Positions 46,301 to 58,300 of a DNA stretch of 64,000 bases are shown here, piece after piece (position 1 is the stretch's first letter; each line of letters opens with the position of its first letter). Below the pieces are notes generated by a model. That model saw only the letters and a program-made list of their open reading frames with translations, did no database searches and was not told the origin of the DNA. A program made the position numbers and the translations under genes. Origin of the DNA: an uncultured virus (IMG/VR IMGVR_UViG_3300011977_000424) (taxonomy: Duplodnaviria; Heunggongvirae; Uroviricota; Caudoviricetes); IMG/VR virus record IMGVR_UViG_3300011977_000424. One strand, given 5' to 3'.

Positions 46301-49300
46301 GCTGATATTTATAGAGATCCAAACTTTGCTCGGTAGCATAGTAGAACACTTCTACTTTGTCATCGTTCTTGTCTCTTGCAAGCCAGTTGCCCTGACGGGC
46401 GCCACGGCCATTCTCCTGTGTCACGTTGGCTGGGTTCCAACTCATATCTACATGGTGGATAGCAACCATGCGCTGTTGAATATTCAGTCCTGTACCGGCG
46501 TTCTTAGCACCTCCAATGAGAATACGAACGGTACCGTCGTTCATCTTCTTACAAAGCTCAGCGCGTTTCTTGTCTGTATTAGCCTTGTGAATATCGAAAA
46601 TCTCTTCCTTGGGGATTCCGTAATCAGTGGAGAGACGATTGATGAAGTCTGTGTATACGTCATATTCCTTCTTACCGTCGGGCACACCAAGGTCACAGAA
46701 AATAACTTGTGTGCCTTTGTCAGCACTGAATTTGTCGTATATTTTCTTTACGTTGTCACACACGTAGGTAATCTTACCTCCGTCGCCGTCGTCCATATCG
46801 GGCTTCACCAACTTAACGTTGATGGCTGCCTTAGTACTGATATTGGTTGCCAACAATGCCCACGGTTGATCCTGTCCACTCGCTGTTTTGTCGGGGATAC
46901 CAAAATATCCTCCATGATGGTTCCTGACCATGTTCAACACTTCACGGGTAATCTCTTTAAGTGAATCACTGGCTGGTACCGTGACGACGTGGACATTCAT
47001 CTTCGGCTTGGGCAACTGTAAGTTGAGGTCGTTGCGCACATCGGCTACCTCTGTATAGAGCTTCGCAAGCTCTGCCAGGTTTTCAAAGTTCCTAAACCGT
47101 GCCTTGTCTACCAATTCGCCTTTGTAGTCGAACTCGCCTTCGGTAGAACACTCTGCAAAGTTGGCGGCCCAGGCATCAAAGGTATTGAAGCCAAGCTCCT
47201 TCATCTTGTTGGGGCGTATATACTGGAACAGACTGTACAACTCCACAAGTGAGTTACTGATGGTGGTACCTGAAGCAAGTATCAATCCTTGGTCGCCTTG
47301 GTGAAGCTGCTGCAGATAGCGTGCTCCACAAAGCAAGGCCATAGAGCGTGCACTTCCTTCGGGGTTGCTAAGTCCGGCGATCCTGTTATGGGTTGTGACG
47401 TATGCAAGGTTCTTGAATTGCTGGCACTCGTCCACAAACAGATAGTCCACGCCTAAGTCCTCAAAGGTAAACTCGCGGTCTACCTTCCTATCTAATAGAC
47501 GCTGGACCTTTACCTTTAGTCGTTCTCTTCGCTTCTCCAGTGCCTTCTGTTGGCGCTTGGTGAGTTGAGAGTTGCCGGACGCCTGCTTTAGTATTTCTAT
47601 CGCTGCTTCAAGCTGGTCGATCTGTTCTTGCAAAATACCGGTCTCTATTTCTTCCTTGTGGGGCAACATACCATATTGCTCATGGCTCAGGATAACGCAA
47701 TCCCAGTCGTTCACGGCAATGCGTGAAAGCATCTGCTTGCGGTTCTCCTTCTTGAAGTCGTTGTCCATAGGAGCAAGCACACGCGCAGTAGGGAAGGCTT
47801 CGTGAAACTCCTTCACCATCTGTGGCACGGTAGCCTTCAATGCAATAATCATTGGCTTTTTGGCAATGCCCATACGGCGCATTTCCATAATAGCACTGTG
47901 CATAACCAACGTCTTGCCGGCGCCGACAATATGATCAATAATGCCTCCGCGATTGTTAATGAGCATCCAAACGGCATCCTTCTGATGAGGGCGCAAGGTC
48001 TTACCCTGCAAGCCTGGTATCTGGAGGTGGCTTCCGTCAAACTTCGGAATAACGGTAGTATTAAACTTCTCGTTATAAATCTTGGTTAGGCGGTCGGAAA
48101 TATCGTGGTGCGCACTGATAAAGTCCTCGAATTTCTCGCGGATCTGGTCTATCTTATCGTTGGCACTGTTGGTCTCGTCCTCGTCGGTATATTCGTGGCC
48201 GTCTCTGTCTTTAAGTCTGACAGTTACCTTATTGTTCGTTAATGCGGCCTCTATGAGTTTTTGATTATTGCAGTGCTCGGTCTTCCACTCGTTGGCTTTG
48301 CCGGATGTCTCATAGCCTTCAATATAGACGTTAAACACGTCGGCTTCTGGACTATAAACAATACCGGTGTTGGCATTATAGCGGTCTACGCCTAACAGGT
48401 CTTGAATGAAGGCGGTATAGATGTCGTCGGGTACCCAACGGGCTCCCATGTGGATGGCAATACCAATAAATGGGATGTCGGCTGGCTGCACGGCTTTCAG
48501 AGCCTCAACATTCCTGTCAAAGCGGTGATCCATCTTCGCGGCGGCCTCAGCTTCTTTCAGCTTGGCTTTAACATTGCCACTAAGATATAAGTCGCGCATT
48601 TGGTAGCCTCCACCGGGTTCCTCAAACACAACGCCGTCTACCTTGTCTATCCAGTCCGGGCCTAACTTAGATTCCATGTACTCGGGGCGTATCTCTCCAT
48701 ACTCGGCGAGTGACAACGTAATCATTTCAGAAGGCGTGCTGGCGCTGTCAAGGTCAATCTTGCTCTTGATGGTACTCTTCTCGAAGATGTCGCTAAGGCC
48801 GGCAAACTTGCCGTCGTTCATCTTCTCCAGGGATAGGATGCTATAACCGTCGATGTCCTTCTTGATAAAGTCGTTCTTCTTATCATTCAGACGGCCATAG
48901 TGGGCTACAAAGTTGTTGTAGGCCTGTTTGAGCTTGGCACGCAACAGTTTCACCTGTGCTTCTTCTGCTCCTCCTATCTCCTCGGCAATGAGCTGCTTCA
49001 TGGCGGTGCGCACGGGGATCATCAGGCGTATCTTGGCGGCCTGGCTCGCAAGTTTAGGATCGGCAAGGAACTGGAAGGTTCCTGATTTGTCGCCTTTGGG
49101 CTTGGATAGGTAGCCAAACTTGCCGTTCTGCTCCACAATGTTACCGTCGCCTTGGTAGTCACCATTGCCTACATACTCTTCGCGCACTGCGTCGTAAACC
49201 TGACGTGAGCTCTTGGTGGTATCGTAAAGCTTACCCTTGCGGCTGGCTGGTACCACGTATTTGTCGATGAGGTCTGTGAGCTTCTGGGCTATCTCGGCGG

Positions 49301-52300
49301 TGCTCAGGTCTGAGGTGAGGCCGTAAGCGTCGCCTCTGTACTGGTTACCAAGTTTGATGTTGCCGATAACCATTTCAGGATGCTTTCCGTAATAGCCATT
49401 GTAGTGCACAACGGCGCTTTCCCACTTCTGCTGTATCTCTTCTTCATAGTCGCTCAGGAATGGAGTTTCTATGTCAGATAGGTACTGCTCGGTGCGTGTG
49501 GCTGTCTTATCCTCTCCGTCTTTATACTTGCGGAAGAAGATAATATCAGTAACAGGATTGGTACCGGCTCCTTTGAAGGCGTTATCCGGCAAACGCACGG
49601 CTCCAAGTATCTCACAGTTGTCTGCGATATACTTGCGCACAAGCTGGTTGCCCTTCGTGTCCATGATGGCATTGCTGGTCATTATATAACCAATGCCTCC
49701 GGGCTTCAAAAGGCTGATGTTCTTAACCGTGAAATAGTTGTGGATGCGGCTCTGAGCAAACTTCTTGACGGGTTCACTGGTGCCCTTCCATGACGGATCG
49801 TTGACGGCAATATCGCCAAATGGGATATTACTGCCTACTACGCTCATACTATTGTCAGGGAATCCGGCATCCTGGAAACCGATAATCCTAATGTTGGCAT
49901 CGGGATAGAGCAACTTCACAATATTACCGGTGAGCCAATCAAGTTCGGTACCGTAGATCTGGGTACGCTGCTGCATGCTCTTAGGCATGGTTCCTTCAAG
50001 CACACCACTACCGATACTGCCGTCAAGGAAACTGCCTCCTCCCTTGTAGCCTGCACGGTCAAGGAAGTGGTTAATGCCTCGGGCTACATCAACAGGGGTG
50101 TAATAGCTCGTCAGGGCGGCATGTTGGATGTCGTCAAGTAGTTTGTGCTCGTTGTGAGGGTCTATTTCCTCGAGTATGTCGGCAAGCTTAGCTACATCTG
50201 CTGATCCACGACGGCGCATGTAGTCGTAATCATACCACATACTGCCGTCGGTGCCTCCCCATCCTCTGAACTTGCCAAGCTCGGCACGCTCCTCGGGGGT
50301 GGCTGGTCTGCCCTGGCGCAAACAGTCTCTCAGTATCTCAAGGGCGCGTATGTTAGTGCGCAAGCGCTGGCCGGCGTTCATGTTGTCGATGTCGGTGGCA
50401 TCGTCGGGATAGAGATAGTTGCGCGTGTTAAGCGGCTTCTCTTTCTCGCTTGCGGTCTTGGTACTGTGATCGTCCGGCCTTATATCGTCCTTTACTTCTG
50501 GCTTGGGCTTTGAGGCTGGTTTGCTTGCTGGCGTCTTGCTGCCAGTCGGCGCTGGCCGTCCTCCACGATCTGGTTTATCCAGTCCGCCATTGACGGGTCG
50601 CTGTCCTCCTCGTCCTCCGTCTGCATGTACTGTTCCTGCATCTGGGCTCTCAGTATCTCCGAAATCTGATCTGTCGAATAAGTCCCCTGAACTCGTAGGT
50701 CGTGTTCCTGGTCGTCGTACGCTTCCTGAGTGTCCTCCAGGCTTGCTTCCAGTTGTCCCTGCTGAAGAAGCTGCTCCAGTTCCTCCGGCCTGAACTCCTG
50801 CATCAGATCCAGTCTTTGCTGTGCCCAATACTCCCGGCTTTGGATTAGCTGGTTTCTCAGCTCCTCCACCTGTTGCTGTTGTTTCTTGTCCATGGTTATC
50901 TGTCTTTACTTCATGTTCTGTTGGCAAAGATACGGAATTTTCCGGCTTCTTGGTCTCAGGAAGGGTAATATCTTCCCAATCGGCCACTTCATACATCACT
51001 GGAGCCAGGCCGGTATCAAGCACGGGCTGGCCGGTTGTCTCAAAGTCGGTAACGGTGGCCGGCTCGCCTTTGTATATCACCTTATCACCGATATTCAGTT
51101 TCGGGTGCTCGGCATGGGCGGCGTTCTCACGTGCAAGTAGCTCCTCGGCGGCATCTATCTGGCCCTTCACCTTTTCAAGCTCTATTTCAAAATGACGGTG
51201 CTTGTTCAGTGTATGGCTGCCATTCATGCTGTTTGTTAGCTGGTCTCTGAGATCTCTTAATCTCGTCAGCTCTTGTTTGAGAACATCGGCGGTATCAGTA
51301 GCATGGTCAGATGCATATCTAACTGCGGCTTTGGCGTTCACATCCTTCAAGGCGCTAAAGAACTTTGATGAGCTCAGTGTGAGAAGGTTCTTCTCGCTTA
51401 GATAATCTTCATCGGTAGGCTTTAATGGGCTGGCGGCTTCATCTTGCTTGGCTGCCTTCCTCTTCTCGTAGTCGGCAATAAGCTTGTTAGCCTCATCAAC
51501 GGCTTTCTTTACAAGCTGGGTAAACTTCTCATCACCTACGGCGCTCTGTGCCTCAGCTATCCAACGTTTCAGATAGTCGCGCTGTTCATCGTTCTGCATG
51601 GGTTGTTTCCCACTGCGGATGGCATCAACCATATCACGCACAATGAAGTTGCGCATGAGCTCGAAATCTTCAATACGTTTGAGCACATGTTTGCTGCCTT
51701 GTGTCAATGCAAGGTCTATCTTGGCCTGCTCAAGTATCTTGTTGATGCGTGCAAGGTCGGGGCGTCCGCACTCGTTCCATACGAAATAGAACTTATCGCG
51801 CTCGGGGTCACCCTTCATTCCTCTCAATACGGCATATTCGTAGGTAGGCTCGTCGATATAGTGAAGATGGTCGCCGGCATCGCTAAGGATCTCATAACCT
51901 TTCTTTCCGTCGTGTGACTTCTGCATCTTCACTTGGTTCTTACCCTCGCGTGCCCACTGGTCGATGTATTCAGCAACAGTCTTATAACCTTCTCCCCAGT
52001 CCTGCTTCTCATTCAGGAGCATCTTAGCCATTTCGCGCTTGCGTGGGGTAAGGGTATTAAGATACTGCTCCACTGCATCGGCGGTGCGGTTATCATTGCC
52101 TCCTTCCTGTGGTGCTGGATCCTCGGCGGCTGGTTGCACGGTGTCGGTAGTCTTAATGCCTAACTGCTCGTCGGCTTTCGGGTTCTGGGGCTCTATCATG
52201 TCAAACAAGGATGGCTCCTGAACTGTTGCCTTCTTTGATTTGGCTGCCTTGGTGGGCTTAGACTTTGGCGCTGGTGTCTCGGGAACTTCATAGCCAGTAC

Positions 52301-55300
52301 TCCTCGCTAAACGCTTCATATCCTCTAAGAAGGTGGAAAGCGGTGTATCAACGGCTGTGAAATGGTTACTCTCGCTTCGTCCTTCTCCCTGCAGGCGGTA
52401 CATGATACGGCCTAACACAAGGTCGTCAAAGTCGTTGCGGTCAAGATTCAAATTGATGTAGATATACTTGCCGGTGCCCGGAAGGTCTATCTTCATATAG
52501 ATGTCACCTCCTATCGGGGCAAGGTTAGCATTGGCAAGGTTGCGTTTGTTGGTCTTTTGGCCAAGGGCGGCATAAATCTCCTTTGCCAATCGGTTGGCGT
52601 CCTTCAACGCTAACTTTTCTGCCGACTTCATATAACCATAACTCTCATGCTCGGGGCTATTGGGGTCATGCTTGTAGAAGCCTAACAGGGCAAGTTGCTC
52701 ATCTACCTTCTCTAACTGCTCATCAATCTTCTTCTGGGCGTCGTTTACTTCATCCTCAGTTGTTGCTGTTTCTGCAACACTTTCTGCTTGGCTTGCAATA
52801 GCCTCTGCTTGGCTTGCAATAGCCTCTGTATTTGCTGGTTCGTTTCCTGTTTCATCGTTATTCTGTTTACCTAATACTGATTCTGCAAACTTCTTGGCAT
52901 CGGCCTCTCCGGATTCAAAAACAAATCCTGCCTTGCCAAAGCTGGAGTAATAGCCTCCAAAACTCTTTACCTGTTTCTTAAGATCAAGGAACTTGTCTCT
53001 GTCGAAACGCTCGGTGAAGTTCACTACCCAAATATCAATGCCTTTCTTCTTGTGCCAACGCTGAGTGATGGAGTAGCCGGGGTTATCCTCGGCCTTGTCT
53101 ATCATTTCTCCTCCGTCGGTACTGCCAATGGTGGGTGACGGGATGGGCTCGGGTGCCTGCGCCTCCACGGTGGGGGCTTCGGGCTCTTCTGGCTTGTTCG
53201 CTGCCTTGCCACTGTTCTCAGGCTTTGAAGCCTGAGCTACTTCATTGCGGCGGTTCACCTCTGCCAACAGACTGTCTGCATCCGTAACCTTGATTGGCTC
53301 GGCGGCTGTTTTCTCCTCCTTGGTTGGATCAAACTTCTCAACGTCGAAGTTGTCTACCTCGTCGTGGCTCGACATTTCCTTGCGATACTCCTTCATATCG
53401 TCCATCTGTCGTGCTGCATCGTAGAAAGCTTTGAGATATGGGCGTATCTTATCGCCACAGTCCTCAATCATTCTGCGTGCATACTCGGCAAACTTCCTTG
53501 CGCCGGCCTCAATATGGTACATGGCCATCTGACTACCAATCATGAACAGTTCAGGATCAATACCTGAGTTGAGGTTGTTCAACTTATCGCGCATGCGCTT
53601 CTTCAACTGCTCATAAGCATCATCGGTGATGATCTTATTATTGGTCTTGCGCTTTTTGCTGCCTCCGGCCTTGGATTGCTCCTGCTTCTTCTCGGCGTCT
53701 TTCTTGGCCTTCTGTTGCTTTTGCTTTTCCTGATTGGCTTGCTCTGCCTGCTTCTGCTCTTCTGGGCGCACATGGTCCATATAGTCTTGAAGGGCATCAC
53801 GCTCACCCATAGCTTTCAAGAGTGTGGAGAATAAATCTACACTCTTGTTGCCTCGGAATGGTCCGGTCTGCTCGCCTTTCTCCACTCGTGGGGTAAGCTC
53901 GTCAATAGCTTGGTCGCGGTCACGGATAGCGGCATTGATGAGGCCGGGCTTCATCAGCTTGCCTTGCTTCTTTAAGTTCGCGGCCATAATGTTATATGCC
54001 TGTTTGGTGATAGCATCGGTGGTACCGGCAATATCAGCCTCAGCAACATTCATGGATGTTACAGGGAGATACTTCGGACCTGAGACGACATTATAAGTGC
54101 CGTCCTCGTTCACGCTATCTATCTTAGCCATCTGGCCGCGATACATAACAAGTTCACCCTTTTTATACTTGCTCTCAGGCTTCTCTTCTGGTGCTGACTT
54201 AGGCTTGGGAATACCACCTATAACAAGGTGCTGCTGCACGTAGGCTTTATCCTTTGCAAGCTTGTAATCGGCAAAGGGCTTGGTCTTGCGGTGGCTGCTC
54301 TCTACCCAGGCCTTGAAGTCGTCCTTGCTCACCTCGGTAACGGTGCCTACCTTCCATCCCTTTTCATACTGTGACTTGTAAGCTTCAATGGCGGCTTCCT
54401 TGGATGGGAAACCGTACATTACCTTGTGCTCATCAAAACTGCCGTCGCTCTGGTTCACCTGGTCTACAACATACACATTTCCGGTCGTAGGATCGTCACT
54501 GAGATAGACGTCGATATGGTCGCCGTCTACACCTTCGGTGCCTTTGATGTAACCATAGTCATAGTTCATCTTTACGCTCCATTCCTTGCCGTCCTTGCCA
54601 TGGCCGGTGCGCGTGGATCCATTCGGATTTTCAATAGTAATGTCGTAACCGTCAATCTTCACATGGCCCTTCTTATAGTTGCCGGCTTCCTTTTGCGCGT
54701 CGGTCGGGTGGGTGTCCACCTCCTTGCGCGCTGCTGCAATATCGCCACTGCTGGCACTCTTTTCACGAGTGTCATTGCCAGGTGCATTTTTCTGCTCATT
54801 TCTTTGCATGGTAGCGGAATTTTCACTACCTTTGCCTTCAGAAGAAGCGTTATTCTCTTGCGTAGGAAGGAGGTCCGGCACATCATTTTGATGTTCAGCT
54901 AAGCGCCTGTCAGAGCTGTTGGAGAGTAACGCTTGCTTTGTGTATTTACGTCTGTACTCCGTAAGCTTCTGCTTGATCTTGTTCTCGTTATTATAGTGGC
55001 TGCTTACTGAAACTTCAAGGCCTTCTTGTGATACTGTAACTGATGTAAAATACTTGGTGGTGGTGCCGTCAGACTTCTTGAACGTCTTTACGAATACATA
55101 GGAATAGGGGCGCTCGGTTATCGTGCCTTCCTTAGCTTCGCTTGGCTCTATGAAAATAACATCTGGGTCGGTAAGCGTAAGAGAAACCATACCAAACTCC
55201 TTTGTCCTTTTCTTATCCACAAGCTTATTGTACTGATGTTCTCCCATCTTCACCTTACCGATAGGTGTGCCTATCTGGTTGTTAAAGCCAAATGTAGACA

Positions 55301-58300
55301 TCCAATTTTCAGGTGTAAGGCTTATCTCAGGGTCTACTACGGCGCCCTGCGACATGGCCTTAATTATTGAGTCTGCTTTATCTACAGAGAGGGGGGCTTC
55401 ACTCTCCGGCTCCATCACGGCAATATCATCGCCGCTGGTGCCTACTTCTCCTGATTTTGCTTCTGACTGTACAGGTACGCCTCCGTTAGCATGGCCATTG
55501 CCAGTTGGTACTGGCGCTTGCGCTGGCTTACGTTCCGGTTCTGCAGTATGCGTACCTTCAACGCCGGGCTGAGAAGGTTCTTTTCTTGGCACAGGCGTTT
55601 CGCCTTGGCCATTTCCTGTTTTAGCTGCTGGTCGTTGAGGCTCTTGATCCATTCGCCTGCTGCCTGCAACTGTGGGTTGTTGCTGATTTTCTCCATTTTC
55701 TATTTCGTTTAACAGTTCTGCCTGTTCGGGCAACATCTGGTTAATAGCTTCCTCATAGGCTTGACGCTCTTCCTCACGTTTGGCAATATCATCGGCAATA
55801 AGTCCGTCGATGTAAGCTTCTACTTCAGGACTGGGTTCATCGGCGCTCATGGCATCAAGATAGTCTTGATACTCCTGGATCTTCGCCTGACGCTCGGCTG
55901 CTTCCTCCTCCATGTATTGTCTCTCCTGCTCTTCCTGAGCACGAAGGAACTCTTCGGCATCGGCAATGCGGTTGCGGACTATCATGTACGTGATATCCGA
56001 TGGTTTGCGTGCTGAGCTGAGCAAGTCAAGCAAGGCGTTGCGGATCTCCTGGGTGCCTACGTTCTCAAAGCCAGGAGTGCTAAGGGCGGATTCCCACATT
56101 TCGTGAACAATGGCATCTACACTCTTCCCATGTCCCTTGGGCGCAAGGAAATAGTTAATAGTGTTGCTGTCATATCCATGGCCAATGCCACGACGGGTGC
56201 CAAGCTCTTGCTGTAAACCGGTGTACTTAACGCCTCCTCGCTCTATGCCTTCCCAGTTGATGGTATGGGGGCCAAGGTGGCTTGCCACAAATTCTTCAAG
56301 GGTCTGTGGCTCTTCTGCGTCAAGCAAGAATCCGGCCTCGGTACCGTCGTACACCTCGTGGGCCTTCTTCCAAAGGTCTTGCACGTTCTTTGCACCGGAA
56401 AGGGCGGCTGCTCGCTGCTCTTCGGGTGGTAGCTTCTTAATCTCTTCGGCGTTGCGCTGGGCATAGATGTTGGTAAGGGCGCCTAATGTGTCCTTCAACT
56501 GTTTCTGTGTCTGGAGAAGTGTTTTCTCCTGCTGCTCCAGTGCGGCCATTCTGTTGGCGGCCTCTTGGATCTCTACGTCGCTGAGCTCGGCGGCTCCATC
56601 CTCGTAGTCACCGATAAGGCGGCGCACGTCGGCCATTTCGCTGCCTACTCCGTTACTCCACTGCTTTTGCAGCTCCATGCGCTTATCGGTAATGAAACGC
56701 TCAGCGTCACCTTGGGTGGGGAAGTTAGCGAGTAAGCTCTCGCCACTCAACTCTTTTGGCTTCTCAGGTGCCAACACTTGCGGATTGGCCTTGGCTACCT
56801 CTGCGCGTGCATGCTCAACGGCCTTGCCTACTTTGTTGGCTCGCTCCTGGGCAAACTGCGCACGCTGCTCACCGGTCATAACGCCTTTGCGGATCTCTCC
56901 CCACTTGCGCTGCCGTTGCAGATTGTCGGAAAGCTCTTCTTGCAATCGCTTGATGAGTGCGTCTTTCTGCGCTTTCTGCTCTGGAGTGTACATATCGCCG
57001 TTGGTCTCCATCCATTGGGTGTGGCGGTCCAGGTCGAAACGGATGCGGCGCTCATGCTCCTTCAACTGGTCCTTCTCGGCCTGTATATTCTTCAGCACTC
57101 CGTCGGTCTTGCCGTCGGGGGCGGTCGTTCTCAGATACTCGGCGGCTGCGCTTGCGTCGGTTCCCTTAGCTGAATAGTCGGGGTGGCCTTCATTGTAGCC
57201 AACAATACCGGTAGTGAAACGATCCTTCTGCTCATTGGCCTTGTTCTGCTGGGCTTCCTGCTGGAGCTGGGCTTCTATCTTGGCATAGTCGGCCTCAGCT
57301 ACATAACCGGAGGCTTCCAGTGGGCTCAGGGCAAAACGGCTGCCGTCCTCTCCCTCGAAGATAGTGTTGCCGTTTGGATCCTGGCCGGCTACCTTCACAT
57401 GAAGGTCTTTGCCGGCCACTCTCAGGTCGGTTTCCATACCTGGCATTAGTCCTACGCTGGCTCTCAGGTTCCTATACTGATCGTCCAACTGCATGGTGAA
57501 GGTGTCCACATCGGCTTTCAATGCGTCGTTCAACGGCACGGCCTCACCAAGCTGCTTGATACGTCTCACTGGTACCTGTTGTGTCTGGCCGTCCTCATCA
57601 ACAACAATAATACCTCCGTACTGGTTGGTGACGTCACCACTCTTCACGTAGGCTTCGGTACCGTCGTCAAGCAATACGGGAATAATAGTGCCCTGGTCGC
57701 TGACTACGGTCTGCAATTGCTCTCGCCGTTCCTGCTCATAGTCGGCGGTCTGCTGATAGATGCTGTCATCCTGTCCTGCCTGTGCTTCCTGCACATCAAG
57801 ATAAGCCTCAACGGCTTCTCTTTGGTAGGGCGTGAGGTTCTGACCGTCCAGGAACTGTTGCACGGCATCATCGTCACCGGCCTCAACAAGTGCGTTAAGG
57901 TCGTGAACAAACTTCGCGTTCTTTGGCTCTGACATTGGGAAAAGCATGTCCATACGGTGACGGGCAAGTCTATTCTCATATTCCAGTTGTGGCAATACGC
58001 TCCTGTCCTCGGCGGCTGATGCTCCGTGGTTATAGGCTGCCTCTCTACGCTGCTGGGTAGGTGTCAATGGTGCTTCGCCTTCTCCGGCGCCTGTGCCTCC
58101 CTGTGGTGCTTCTGGGCCTTGTCCTGCCGGCTGTTGTCCTGCTGGTCCTACTGGCTTTTCAGGAGAAACACCACCGTCCCCACCGGTGCCTCCGCTATCG
58201 ACTGGGGGCAATCCGCGTGGGGCGTCGGGTGGTGTCGGGACGTTGGGAGATTCGTCTATATCTTGTGGCGCCTGGTCGGCTGGCTGTTCAGGTTCCTGTG

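Noticed and set aside
54842..54940. Calling the cloverleaf-like segment a true tRNA
   Set aside because: No TTCRA T-loop, no canonical 7-nt anticodon loop and no CCA; kept only as a putative structured RNA.
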